From Octopus sinensis (lineage: Eukaryota), in NCBI RefSeq assembly GCF_006345805.1, contig NC_043011.1, positions 67,282,464 through 67,346,463 on the forward strand: 64,000 nucleotides of DNA. The letters run 5' to 3'. The translations under genes and the position numbers were made by a program. Position 1 is the stretch's first letter; every line of letters starts with the position of its first letter. The notes below the pieces were generated by a model that saw only the letters and a list, made by a program, of their open reading frames with translations, ran no database searches and was not told where the DNA came from. Below, in pieces: positions 1 through 13,803 of this stretch.

Positions 1-339
1 TTCTCTGACTCCTCAGATTTTTGTATGCTGGACTACTGGTTTTAAATTGATATTAAAATTAATATTAATTTATCTCCCTCATTATTTAAATATATATATA
101 TATATATATACATACATTTAAAATAGATAGATAGATACCCTAATTTATAATTATATATATATACTGTTGTTTGTAACAGGCCCATTCACAAGTTGCCTAT
201 GTGCCTGGAACTGTGTTACGATATGAAGAAATCGCCTACTGATGTTTTCATATAATCACATCGTTCAACAATGTTTTTAATACAACCATTGCGTCTTTAA
301 TCAAAGTTTCAAGAAGCAATGTCTTTGTTCTATATTTTG

Positions 340-1100
340 TTATAATCCCCTCGTTGATTTGTGTTTTGTCTGGCTGCACCGATTATCTATAATCTCTTAT
401 AACTAAGTTGTTTATCATTATCTTCATAAAACCCACATCATTGATCTGTGTTTTGGTAAACACACGGAGTTGATCCACACTTTCATATCACCACGCCGTT
501 GATAGATATTTTTATATAAGCTAATTGTTGCTCTATATTTGGCAATGACTAACTCGTCGATCTATATTTAGTTATCATCATTGATCAATGTTCTCATACA
601 ACTAAGTCACTGATCTATGTCTGTCTACACAATGGCATCGTTGATCTGCTTTGGTTAAACCACGTTACTGATCTCTGTTTTAATATAGTTACGCCATTCA
701 TCTCTGTTTAGAATTGCCACGTTGTTGATCTACGCTTTGATCTATCTATATTGTACATCCATGTTTTGTCTTAATATAAGCATGTATGTGTTTTGATATG
801 ATCTCACTATTGATCTCTTTTAGTATGACCATGTTGAATTAGGATCAACATAGAGCAATTGTGTGGTTTTGAGAAAACATAGAGTAACGATGTGTATTTT
901 CTGAAAACATTGTTCGACGACCTTGTTATTTGAAAGTATAAATGATCGGCAGAGCTATGTAAAAGCACGGATCAACGTCGTGTCTATAACAAAATAATTC
1001 TCCATCGTTTATCTATAATTTTCTTATAACTAGGTTTTTGAATTTTGCAGTAGCGATATTAGCAAGAGTCATTAGAGCCACACCGTTGATCATTGATTTT
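340..1100. repeat. Degenerate 28-30-bp minisatellite with GTTGATC-like core and a local orientation switch near 840
   Basis: Core variants at about 439, 470, 497, 527, 556, 580, 610, 639, 666, 695, 723; reverse-orientation GATCAAC at about 843 and 969. Confidence 0.55.
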
Positions 1101-1499
1101 ATATAACAACATCATTCTTGTTTGTTTTAATATAGCCACGTAGTTCTGAGGGAAATGTAACGTTCCGTTGAATAGCAAATTGTCCAAGTTTTGAGAACAA
1201 TTTATTTTTATTGAATAAATTCAGAAACCCTACAGTAAATTTGAACATTTACAAATCAAAATCATATATAAATGAAGAAATAGATTCTCTATTTTGGTTA
1301 AATATAGATATCATCGAGCAATCGATTGATCCGTCAAAAGTATCACTGAATTGTCTTCCAAACCATTCTGTAATATATCAAAAACGAAACCGAAATGTTA
1401 ACTAATATAGTTTTAGATATATTATGTTTGAATAGCAGACGATAGTTAAAGTTCAAACAACTTTGACCATTGCTCTGTTCGATTATGGCTTACGACTAT

Positions 1500-3230
1500 T
1501 TGTAAGGCGATAAGATATGTAAGTTGAGGGAGATTTAGCTGATGCTTCTAGCGACCTGTTAAACTACGTGGAGATACCTTCGATGAGGTCACACCAATGG
1601 ATGTTGTGTATTTGTCAGATAGGTTACGGTTAACACAGGCTTAGTTTACTTTATATCTAGACTCAAGAAAGAATGGAAAGGACACGGCACTTGAGACACG
1701 TCTGTGAACTATAATCTAAGTGTTTTAGAAATATCAAATCAATGATTTATTCATCTTCTTTGGCCGGTCAAAAATGGACAGATCGATAGAGTCTGTGTAC
1801 ATGAAACTCAAATAAATTGCTTCCTGATATCTCAATATTACAGTTCTTAAGTAGCACTAAAAATAATTGTAATAACTCAGAGTAGTAAATGCGACTACCC
1901 CTGAGACAATGGTGATGACAAGCAGAAATGGATCCAGTCTGTTACTCAGACTTTGATATATATTTCTTCTAATGACAATTAAAACTTGACTTGATGAACT
2001 GTCAATGTACAAATTTGTATGTCTCGGACAGGTGTATTATTTGGCTAGAAATAGCAGCACACAATTATCCCACACTGACTTCTTATAAAGTGAAGGCCAT
2101 ACTGAATGCTGTTGTCACAGAGATATCTTATATTTGAAAACAGGAGGAGACAGTAACAGTTTGAATGCTTTAGCTCATAGTTCTATTTGAGCAGATCTTG
2201 ACGGAGGTTACACATCGAGAACAATATAGTAATTTCGTTTTAATTTGCTAAGTCTAGAAAAGGGAGGATTTGCAAGCCCTCCAAAACCAGTGATATTGGT
2301 GTCAATAATGTTTATTTTATATCGATATAAACCAACAGCTGAGGGGAAGATATATGTTGAGTGCGAATCATAGGTGCTACCATTTTGAAAAGAAATGAAT
2401 GGAGATATTAATTAATTCGAGAGGGAGACAAGGTCGAGGAGAAGAAGAGCAATGCGTTGGAACAGAAATTTCTGACTGAAGGTGGTATGAGACCAGTTAG
2501 CTCCGAGGAGTAGGGGTCATTATATTGGTCGTTCGGAAAGGTATACAGAAGATGTCAGGAGCTCGTGTGATAAAGGCTGAAGCAGGTCTATGAGTACATT
2601 TCTGCTAATCAGTGAGGTGGCCATTCTCTGGAAATAGTTTGAGTCTGCAGCAGCAATACCACCCCAGGTGTGAGAGTAATACTTCATCGAAAGCTGCAAT
2701 TCTGATTTGGAGATGATTAATAATTGCTGGAAGATGAAGGTTCTTCTGAATTTAGAAAGATGTGTCAGTCTTAGGATATTATCCTAGCTATGTTAAGGAT
2801 GTGCTTTTGATAAGAACGATGCTCAGTAATAGTATGTCCCATACGTTCTTAAGAGTTAACGGCCATACATGTACCACACATCTCTCCATTCCACCAAGTT
2901 TATTTCTAATACCTCCATCAATGTTTTGATATCTTCCTCTCGATTCAGAGCTTTCTTATCTTTAAAATCACCGAAATCCGTTCCTACCTTGAAATTTCTT
3001 CTGCATCCCCCACCTACACCCAACCAACGGTGCCATCATGTATTCCCAGTTCCTCTGCTGACAGCGATCCTGAAAACTGAAATATCACTATCAGTTTGAG
3101 ACATAAGCTCAATACATATCTGTCCTATGTACCCGATGCAGTTATCTTCCCACCTTCATTGAAACCGCCTTCTATCTTCACCGTGCAGTCAATTGCATAT
3201 CTACCCTACATCTTAGCTTACTGTTCCCAA
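1500..3230 (-). mobile_element. Highly degenerate LINE relic(s) (L2/RTE-like)
   Basis: Only scattered motif remnants on the minus strand (LYK.SQ...CC, KKFQ-like); no intact frame. Confidence 0.3.
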
Positions 3231-3287
3231 TGCACCAATTATTATACGCATGACCTTTACTGTTCGCATTATTATTACTACTATTAA

Positions 3288-3498
3288 GTCGGCGAGCTGG
3301 GAGAATCGTTAGCACGCTGGACGGAATGCTTCGCGTTTTCTCGTCCGTCTTTACGTTCTGAGTCCACATTCCGCTGAGTTTGACTTTGTCTTTCATCCTT
3401 TCAGGATCGATTAAGTACCAGTGACACATTGGGGTCGATGTAATAGACTAGTCCCAACCTCCAAAATTTCAGTCCTTATACCTTTAGCAGAAAGGATT

Positions 3499-3500
<2 letters not shown>
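3288..3500 (+). mobile_element. tRNA-derived SINE family A
   Basis: GGCGAGCTGG head, GACTTTG.CTTTCATCCTTTC core, AAGTACCAG; further copies at about 10454-10620(+), 16116-16322(+), 21735-21880(+), 27223-27355(+), 39972-40190(+), 46501-46717(+), 46931-47141(-). Confidence 0.85.
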
Positions 3501-3533
<33 letters not shown>

Positions 3534-3560
3534 TATTATTATTATTATTATTATCATTAT

Positions 3561-5555
3561 TCAGTAGTTTTATTTTTATAGCGTGCTTTCACTTCACTAC
3601 CGAGCGCAGCTCTGTGTGCCTTAGGGATGTGCTGTGATTTGTTGTGATACTCTGATGGTTATTGTATGGAAAGTGTTCTGCGTAGGATGTGTGCAGTGCC
3701 TAGTAGTGCAATTTTCTGTATGTTATATGTGTTTGTAAGTCCTGGTGTTTTTGTAATGTATTTGTCTGAATTTTTTTTATCATGCCTAATGCACCTACTA
3801 TGATAGGAACTGTTTCTGTTTTCAGATTCCACATTCTAGTTACCTCTATTTCCAGGTCTTTGTATTTTGAGAGTTTCTCCATTTCTTTTAGAGACACGTT
3901 GTCATCAGCCGGTATTGATACATCAATTAGAAAGCATTTTTTTTCTTCATGATCTCTGACAACTATATCTGGTCTATTGGCCTTAATTTCTCTATCTGTG
4001 TGTATCGGCATATCCCAGAGTATGGTTGCTTTCTCGTTTTCTGTGACCTTTTCTGGTGTGTGCCTATACCATCTTTTTTCTGTTGTTATTCCATAATGTT
4101 GGCATAGCTTCCAATGTATGTAGGTTCCAACTCTGTCATGTCTGTGAATATATTTTTTCTTAGACAGGACTGGGCAGCTAGAGATAATATGATTTATTGT
4201 TTCTTGTCCATCTCCACATATTCTGCAGTTACTTGTAATATTTCTTTTCATTACATGTTTTTGGTAATTTCTGGTGGGGAGGCTTTGGTCTTGTGCTGCA
4301 ATTAAAAATCCCTCTGTTTCTGCTTTGAGTCCTGAGCTTCTCAACCATTGTTGGGATTTTTCTTTGTCTATTTCTTTTGCGTTTAGTTTAGTCCAGTATT
4401 TACCAAGAAGGGGCTTTTCTTGCCATCGTTTTATCATGGTTCGTTGCTGTTCTATTTTTAGTTTGGATTTCATTTGCTTTATAGCTTTTGTTGTTTCTTC
4501 ATCTTCTTCATGTTTATTAGGTGGTATGATTTCTTGTTTGTATTTGTCAGCTTCCTTAAATACTGAGAACAGTTTTTTGTTTTGCTCGTGTTTTGCCGCT
4601 ATTTGTATCAGTTTTCCTTCTTTCTGAAGTAGATATTTTTGCAGTCCTATGGTGGTTATTTTATAGTAGTTTCCCAGCTGTATAAGGCCTCTACCACCTT
4701 CTATACGTTGTATATATAGTCTTTCTATGTCAGATTTTGGGTGATGCATCCTAGATCCTGTCATTATTTTTCTTGTTTTCCTATCTATTTTGGACAGTTC
4801 ATTTCGTGTCCAGTTAAGGATATTGTAGCTGTAACTTATAACTGGGACAGCTAAAGTGTTGATACCTATTATCTTGTTTTTAGCATTGAGCTCTGTGTTT
4901 AGTATTGATCTAACTCGTCTATAATATTCTTTTTTTATTTTCTCTTTCATTTGTGTGTGTTGTGTCTTATCTAGTTCATGGATTCCTAAGTATTTGTAAG
5001 TTTGGCTTTGGTCTAATTCTTTTATTTCATTGGTTTTATCTAGTGTGATGTTGTTACTCTTAACTAGTTTTCCTCTTTTCATGGTTACTTTGGCGCATTT
5101 TTCTAATCCAAATTTCATATCTATTTCTTTGGTAATTCCACGAACTGTCTTTAATAGTGTTTCCAGCTGTTTGTCATTTGCAGCGTATAGTTTTAGGTCA
5201 TCCATATGGCTGATCGTTTTGCCGTAACATTTATATCCGTATCCAGTTCTATTTAGCATATCAGATAGAGGTGACAGTGCCAAGCAGAAAAGGAGTGGAG
5301 AGAGCGTGTCTCCCTGGAATATTCCTCTTCTAATGGGGATGTCTTTGGTTTTCATGAGTCCCTCTTTTGTTTGGAGGTGTAGGACTGTTTGCCATTTATT
5401 CATAGAGTGCTCTATGAATTTTATGATTGTTGGTGCTACTTTGTTAATGGCTAGTGTTTCGAGGATCCATGTGTAGTCAATCCAGGCCATACTGAGGCCT
5501 TTCTTCTTTCTGTGGCTGTCTTCAGTTATGGCTTTATTAATCATTAGTTGATTTT
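3561..5555 (-). mobile_element. 5'-truncated R4/Dong-like non-LTR retrotransposon (RT + CCHC + restriction-like endonuclease), decayed
   Basis: ORF 5544-3700: GIFQGDTLSPLLF, MDDLKL, CRICGDGQETINHIISSC, RHD, RPDIVV...LIDVSIP, KYKDL; small internal deletions in RT motifs (AWIDY lacks KKAFDS); (AAT)n/(GAT)n tail at 3560-3501. Confidence 0.92.
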
Positions 5556-5557
5556 TA

Positions 5558-5616
<59 letters not shown>

Positions 5617-5617
<1 letters not shown>

Positions 5618-8600
5618 TATGTTTAACCTTTGCTTTATGTCTGTACAAGTTGGCTCCAAGTCTCACCCAGAGACCTTAAGAGACAACAGGTTGGAAGTTC
5701 ACGTTGTTGTTATGCCTAGTGTGCCATATAATCGGGGCTTTTTTGGTGCTGTACTAATGAATGTCTAATAAATAAAATTTTTTTTAATGTTTGTTTTAAC
5801 CTTGGGATTACATAGAGAGTATTTTGCGTAGGATATGAGCAGTTCCCATGAGCACTATCTTTTGAATTTCTGCCATTTTGGGGTTTCCTGGGATCTGAGT
5901 TAGGTAGCAATCAGTCCCTTTCGCTATCATTCCCAGGGCACGTATGACAACAGGTATTGTTTTAGTCTTCAGCTTCCACATTTTGCTGATTTCTATTTCA
6001 AGATCTTTATATTTGCTCAGTTTTTGGTAGGTCTTGACAGATACGTTTATATCGATTGGGACAGTCATATCAATGAGGAGGCATGTTCTTTGTCTGAAGT
6101 CTTTCAATATGATGTCTGGCCTATTTGCATCTATCTTTCTGTCAGTTTGAATGGTGAAGTTCCAGAGGAGTGAGATGTGGATATTTTCAAGCACTGGAGG
6201 TGGATTGTGTTTCCACCAGTTTTTTTCATGGGGCAAATCCAGGTTTTTGCAAATTACCCAGTGAATATATTGTGCAGCTCTATCATGCCTGTTGAGGTAC
6301 TCTGTAGGCGCTAGAAGACTGCATTTAGAGACAACATGATCAATGGTCTCATTTTGTTGTCGGCATACACGACATGTTGGGCTACCGCCGTTCTTTAATA
6401 TGTTGGCCTGGTAGTTTCTTGTTGGTAGGCATTGATCTTGAGCTGCTATGATAAACCCCTCTGTTTCAGATTTTAAGCCAGAGGCCATTAGCCATTGGTG
6501 GGTCAGGGCTTTGTCAATATCTGCATTATTCGCTCTCTTTGGGTATTTGTCATAGAGAGGTTTTTCTTGCCATTTATTATTCAGAATATCTAAGGCGGCA
6601 GTTTTGGCACGGGTTTTCATGCGCCTAGCTTTTTCTGTGCTTGTTTCTTGTATGTCTATCTCTCATACCAAGATTTGTTGTATTCGGAATTCACTTAGAT
6701 ATTCCTTTGCTTGTTTTGTTACTGAGTATGATGCTTTCTTGTTTTCATGTTTTGAGACAAGTTTTAACATCCAGTCCTCAGAGTTTTTCAGGTAGGTGTC
6801 TAGGCCAATTGTAGCAATCTTCATTGTTATTGCCAGTTGCAAAAGACCACGGCCTCCCTCTTTTCTTGGCAGATAAAATCGTTCTGTATCTGCCTTAGGG
6901 TGGTGCATTCTATGCTTTGTCAACAGTTTTCTTATTTTTCTGTCGAGCTGACATATTTCAATAATTGACCAATTAACGATATTGAAACTGTAAGTCACGA
7001 CTGGTATGGCTAATGCATTGATCGCTTCGATCCTGTTTCTTGCATTCAGCTCTGTCTTGAGTATTGCTCTCACTCTTCGATAACATTCTCTCCTGATCCT
7101 TTCCTTCATCTCTGAATGCCTTATTCCGTTCCCTTCATTTACCTCTAGGTACTTGTAGCTCTCCGCTGGGTCTAGTTCTTTTATGACATTCTGCTGGTCA
7201 AGGTTAACGTTAGATGTTTCTGTCATTTGTCCTTTGATAAAGGTAGCTTTTGCACATTTATCGAGGCCGAATTCTATTCTGATGTCGTCACTGAATTGTT
7301 TGACTATCGCTAGTAAGCCCTTGAGTTGTTGGTCATTTTTTGCAAAAAGCTTTAAATCATCCATGTAAATGAGATGATTTATATTTTTATCAAACATTTT
7401 ATACCCGTACTGCGCGTCATTGGGCAGTTTTGAGAGAGGTATTGAGGCTAAACAAAAGAGGAGTGGTGACAGTGAGTCACCCTGGAAAATGCCACACGAA
7501 ATTTTTACATCACCAGCATTTAAGGATTCATTGTCACTGTTCAGATTTAGTGTGGTTCTCCATGATCTTATACTTACAGTCAAAAAGTTTCGCAGTGTAG
7601 GTGCTATCTTATACATTTCCAGGCATTTCCTAATCCAGCTATGTGGTAGGCTATCAAAAGCCTTTTTATAGTCTATCCAGGCTATTGATAAGTTTTTGTG
7701 TCGTTTGTGACAATCTTCTAAGATCATCTTATTGATGAGTAGTTGATCTTTACAACCGTAAGATCCGCGTTTACATCCTTTCTGTTCATTAGGGAATATG
7801 CTGCTGTCTGTTAAAAAGCTATAAGTATATTCCGTCAGGACAGATGTTAGCTTTTTATACATAGTTGTTAAGCAGGTTATGGGTCTATAGTTTTTTGGTT
7901 CATTTGTTTCTTCACATTTTGGAAGCAGGATTGTTAACCCATTAAGTAGCCAAGGATGCATCCTACTAGGGTGCTGCAAAACATCATTGTACAGTTCTGT
8001 TAGCAGTTCATGGCTCTCTGGGAAGGCATTCAGCCAGAAGTTAGGAATTTTATCCTTTCCTAGAGACTTCCATTTGCTTGACCTCCTGAGAGCAGATCTT
8101 ATATCTTCTACCTTGACACCCTCCCACTTTTGCTCTTCTAAGGGGTCCAGTTCTGTAGATATTCTGTCAATCCAGGGGATCTTTTCGTTGTGTGTTTTTT
8201 CTTCTGCCCAAATTTTATTCCAAAATCCCTGCACTTCTTCCTTTGATGGTACAGATCTTCCAGTAAAAATTCTTGGGGTTATTTTTGAACATGTTGTTGT
8301 CCTTGAAAAATCTAACACGCTTTTCATACCTCGCTATGCGGGCAGCTTTGGCAGATACCTTTTGTTTGATGTTTTCTATGGTGGCATCAATATGAAGTAT
8401 AGTTTTCATATTGTATTTTCTCAGTAATTTTGGTGTTTTTAGGATCGTTGAGATTTTCGCGGATGCATAGTATAGGTGGTTGAGATTTGTGATATCAACA
8501 TCATTAGCTGAAATTATATACTTAAGTGCAAGCCGGATTTTACCAATTATTTTCATGTTTTGATTAGAGTTGCGGATTTTAGGGAGTGTATCACGTTCAT

Positions 8601-9430
8601 CCATGCTGGTTTCTTTAATTTTCAGCCATTCAATCATGATTTGATTTTTCAAGCTCATGTAGTTCTGTTGGGTCAATATTTGTGTGACTTTCTTTATCTA
8701 TTTGATGTTCATCTGTCTTAGTGTTTATGATTGGTTCAGGGAGTATTTCACCACTTATACTAACTCTTTCAATCCTTACTTCGTTTTTATCAGCCCTGGG
8801 CTGGTCTATAATTATTTCCTCTGTATTATCTTCTCTAGCTGCAACTTCGTTCATTTTATCCGATATTGCTTGTCTAACTTGACCAATCTCTACTTCAGTC
8901 AGTAATTTTTTATAATATTTCTTCTGATGTTGGCAAGTTTGTTACTGTCTACGTAGGGTCTTACTTCAGGGTGTTTCTGTCTCCAGATTATGTAGGTTTG
9001 TATAGTGTTAGATTTATCTGTGGGGGAATATATGGCATGGTAGAAGGCCGCAAGAACTTCTTTATTATCTTCCCTAGACCATTTTTCCTTCTTTTTCTTT
9101 TGATTATTTGGTGACGAGTATGGATGGCCATCTGTAGGAATATTCCGGTTGTGGGGTACGTCCAGCTCCTGTGTGTTGGGAAGATTTGATCCAGTAGCTG
9201 ATTTTTCAATCAGAATTTGGTTCAATTTTCGGTTACGTGTTCTTTTGTAATCCGCGCAACGACCAATGCGGTTTGTAGTTTGTTTTGTTGACATTGAAGC
9301 ATGACGAGCTTCCACTCTTATATTAGGAGATGGATCTGTCAGTTTAGGGTTCTCTACACGTAAGCATTGCTCGTAGCGCAGCTTCTTAAGGTTAGCAGAT
9401 CTGTATTCGTCTGTATTGTTTTGTTGATAG
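5617..9430 (-). mobile_element. Near full-length R4/Dong-like RLE LINE of a second family, frameshifted
   Basis: Collinear ORF pieces 9315-8899 (KWSREDNKEVLAAFY N-terminal motif), 8327-6663 (NYRPITCL, AWIDYKKAFDS, GIFQGDSLSPLLF, YMDDLKL) and 6620-5808 (CRVCRQQNETIDHVVSKC, RHD, RPDII, KYKDL); (AAT)n tail 5616-5559. Confidence 0.93.
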
Positions 9431-10394
9431 TTTTATCTCCGAACATTTTTTTTTCACCTTCTCTTCTTTTTTTCCTCTCTCTTTCTCTCTATCTCCTTCT
9501 TCCCCTTTTTCCTTCCTTCTTTTCCCTTCCTCTTTTAAACTTATAAAAGGCTCAATCTACCTGTATTAGTTCTAATAATGAGAATAAAATGCGGAGAAAG
9601 AAAAGAAAAAAAAGGGATCTGTCAGTTATTATTGTTATTACTATCACCATCACCACCATCACCATCATCATGATCATCACCATCACCATCACCATCATCA
9701 TCATCAATGATATTGTTTTATGTGTAGTCACAGCCACCATCATCACCACTACTGTCATTGTGTGGGGGAATAGTTGGTTAAAGAGGTCATGTTCTATGGG
9801 TCTATAAATAGAATCAGCAGATGGTGGAGACAAAGGACATTAATGCTCAGTAAGAGGTCAAACCTGTTTACATTTATTTTTTCCTTTCTCTTTTCTTCCT
9901 TTCCACATACATATGTATATGTATAAGTATACTCACACACACATATTATCTGATGTTCAGGTCGATGATTTTTTGAATTTCTGAATTCAATGTTATGTAT
10001 ATATTTTTTAAATTTCTGAATTCAGTTGTATGTATATATTAGCAGGTGCTTACTTCCATAATTTTTTATCGTGCATTTAATTGTGTTGTTACAATAAAAG
10101 GCAATTTAAAAGGTAATTTTACACATTCTTATAGTCATGAGAGACGACTAAATGTTCACACAAAATTGAAGATATTTATGTTTCTAATTTTTCTTGTTAG
10201 GTGTACGTTTGTATGAGCTGTAGATATGTAAGTTCCTTAAGTTATTTTGAGGGAAATTCAAATTACTCACAGAAAACAGTAGATCTTCCAGTTTTCTACA
10301 GTTGTTTTTTTTTCAGTTGTCCTGCTGTGTTAGTTGTTTGCCAGTTCAGAGCATCGAAAAAATACGTCCATCCTCTGTCACATACAGCCGCCTA

Positions 10395-10452
<58 letters not shown>

Positions 10453-11156
10453 AAGGCGACGAGCTGGCAAAATAGCGCCTCAGACAAAATGCTTCATTTC
10501 TGTTGGTTCTATATTCTGAGTTCAAATTCCACCCAGGTCGACTTTGCCATATATCCTTTTGAGGGTCGATAAAATAAGTCCCCAAACTTTCAGGCTCTGT
10601 ACCTATAGTATAAAAGATTATTTATTCATTTGTTACCGTATGAGTTCTTAGAAACTTCACTACTGGGATGTTTGAAATGGGAATGTGACCGATATTTTGC
10701 CGTTTTAGAAAGGTTCTTCACTCTTACTCTATGCGATTTCTGAATGTGCTAGATGTAACAGCTATCTTTCCTTTAAAATCAACGGTCCCCAAACGTCTTT
10801 GCGCAAGGGCCGGTTTCATGCATGACAATTTTCTCACTGTCTAGGGAATCCTGCTCGTAACAAAACACCATAAAGTACATAATACATAATTTAATTATTA
10901 CATATATAATAGGTATATAATGCAAAGATACCCTGCAGACTGTGATAGGCCATAAAATAGAAATGAAATTTAAAAAGTTATTCTCTTTGTGCGACCCGGT
11001 ACAAAATGATCCACAGCTCCACACTTCTCCTAAATAAATTATTGGTGAGTTCTTGCGTCATTCTCATCTTCAGAAAATCGTAATCGAATGATTGTTTCAC
11101 TATAAACATGTAACTAATGATACCCCTTGTTCACATAAGTGTGATATGGAACAAAG

Positions 11157-11191
<35 letters not shown>

Positions 11192-11499
11192 CACACACAA
11201 ACATGTATATCTTGGGCAAATGTCTTCTACTATAGCCTCGGGCCGATCAAAGCCTTGCGAGTGGATTTGGTAGACAGAAACTGAAACAAGCCCGTCGTAT
11301 ATATGTATATATATATGTATGTGTGTGTCTCTTCCCCACCACCCCACCCCAACATTGCTTGACAACCGACGCTGGTGTGTTTACGTCCCCGTAAATTAGC
11401 GGTTCGGCAAAACACCGATAGAATAAGTACTAGGCTTACAAACAATAAGTCCTGGAGTTGATATATATATATATATATATATATACAGTATATATAGTT

Positions 11500-11930
11500 T
11501 CTCTCACTGTGAAAGTTCAAATCCCACGTGTCTCGAGATGTGCCGAAGACTTTCTATTTTGGATATATTTGGGGTACTTAGGTCTGCTCAGGACTTAGTA
11601 CTTGTTTTTTCCATGGGTATGAGTAAGTATTTCATTTATATCTCACGTATTTATCGCTGAAGAGGGGAAAATTCTTATAAATTAACCCCGAAATTGGGAC
11701 CAATACGGTAATAACGGATTTTTGGGGAAATTTCTATCGGTTTGTTTTGAGACGCATAAATTATAATGGTTATTGACAATGTTTGTCTTTTTTCGGCATA
11801 TTTGGCATTAGAATTTTTCTTTTGCCCTTATTTTGTAAATTATTTATAAATTTAACCTTTAAAGGTATATTTTGATATGCTGGCTATTGATAAAAATTTT
11901 TTCGGGAAAAAAATTTTAGCCTACATTAGT
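11500..11930 (+). mobile_element. Hammerhead-bearing non-coding repeat (family H1), Penelope pLTR/retrozyme-like
   Basis: Reverse-complement homologue of 29363-29830; flanked by (TA)n on both sides. Confidence 0.75.
11651..11711 (+). ncRNA. Type I hammerhead ribozyme
   Basis: TTATCG-CTGAAGA-GGGG(18 nt)CCCC-GAAA-TTGG-GA-CCAA-TA^CGGTAA: intact core, 6-bp stem I, 4-bp stem II, stem III; predicted cleavage after 11705. Confidence 0.85.
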
Positions 11931-12994
11931 TATATATATATATATATATAGATCTGTATGTATAGATGTGCATATATATATATATATATGTACGCACGTA
12001 TGTTTATATGATTGCATGAATCTATCTCCTCACATCAGATTTGCAAATAATAATTTCTTAACGTAAATTATTTGCCCCATCTGCGAATCTTTCTGCTCCT
12101 AATAACATCAAACGTTAATCTTGAACAACATCTGAGAAATTCAGAAAGCCGACTGCTCACAGATATTGATAGAAATATTGATCTATCTTTCCCTCTTTCT
12201 TTCAATCCAGTTATTTAACCTCGCTACTACCGTTGGGATTTTTGATTGCACAAACTGCTCTCACGTTTACTTTCGCAAAGAGGTTACACCATTTTCCCAT
12301 AGAGCAATTCAAGTATTACACTGAAATTAGTTTTATTATGTACAGAACCAGGAAGACGTGTGCTTGTTGTAATTCTTTTTATCGTATTTCCGTGGCATTT
12401 GCAGCTGTTGTTGTTGTAGTTGCTGCTGCGGTTGCTGTTGTTGTAGTTGTTGCGATCAAAGAAGTCCATGATACACATTTCCTGTCTTCATCGCAATTCA
12501 TTTTCTTACGTATTCTGTATTATTCCTGTTTAAAGACAGTATGGTCTTCCGGGAGAGGACATTGCTCATTTATCTCTACTAATTACTAATTACACCTGCA
12601 GTCAGACATCTTCGGGTGAGACATCGCAAAATATTCCTATACATATTCAAAAGTAAATCCAATTTAAGTATTCTAGAAGATGGGTAAAGTTCGGCATGGC
12701 AAAACTGCGTGGGTTTAAGAACAAACCGGAGAGAGACGTGGGGAGAAGGGAGAGGAAAAGTATATAGCTTTGCTCAGTTGAGAGAAAACTTATTATAGCA
12801 GGATTCGTCCTTTCATTGTAGAAATTGGCAGATATTTCTGTGTGTCGATATATACATGTAGCTTGGAAACAGATAAAGTTATATAGATGTATATACATGA
12901 ACATTATATATATATATATGTATTCAAATTATATATGTTTACATACGTACACACACACTCACTCACACAAATACATTCATACATACACACACAG

Positions 12995-13056
<62 letters not shown>

Positions 13057-13479
13057 TGTGTACGCTAATATCGAACAGTGACAATGAACGCTCATCCAAG
13101 ATGAAGATAAGTACCAACTCTGATGTGACAGGCTTGATGGTTGCTGAGAAACCTTCTTTCGGTATGACACCTATAGCAAACGTTTTAACCCACAAATAAA
13201 GAATATTTTAACGCCGGGGTGCTGAGAAAGTCCTGGATTTGGGTAAAAAGAAACACGGGAGAATTAGTTTTTATTTTTTTTTTTTTTACTTGTTTCAGTC
13301 ATTTGACTGCTGGCCATGCTGGAGCACCGCCTTTAGTCGAGCAAATCGACCCCAGGGCTTATTCTTTGTAAGCCTAGTACTTATTCTATCGGTCCATTTC
13401 GCCGAACCGCTAAGTTACGGGGACGTAAACACACCAGCGTCTGTTGTTAAAAGTCATTGCAAGTATAAAATATCAATTT

Positions 13480-13771
13480 TCACCTTTCCATTTTTGGGAA
13501 GGAAAGTTTGCCAGAAACGCCTTCAGATATTTTTCGTGTGTTAGTATTTAACCAAACGAAAATGTAATCTCTTGTGCAACAGAGAATATAATCATTCTTC
13601 TGACGTTCTTGACCTAAGACACTTCTTTAATCACCTTGCTTGAGAACATTTTTGTTCGGAAATACCAGCAGATGTTACAGGATTTACCAACAAAAGTTGG
13701 CAAATTTCACAAATCTCTAGATGTCACGATTGTATGTACCTATGTACACACACACACACACACACACACAT

Positions 13772-13803
<32 letters not shown>

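Noticed and set aside
340-1100. Repeat-spacer pattern as a CRISPR-like array
   Set aside because: Core is only about 7 nt and degenerate, context is eukaryotic and there are no cas genes.
9552-9833. Hydrophobic Ile/Thr or Met/Val ORFs as membrane proteins
   Set aside because: Derived from (ATC)/(ACC) repeats; the same applies to the many YI, HT, CV and IYLS ORFs across the window.
12350-12520. Minus-strand frame RKKMNCDEDRKCVSWTSLIATTTTTATAAATTTT as a mucin-like exon or alternative exon 3
   Set aside because: Weak acceptor without pyrimidine tract, in-frame stop just upstream, Thr/Ala run explained by a (CAA)/(CAG) microsatellite, and a far better exon 3 exists at 43712.
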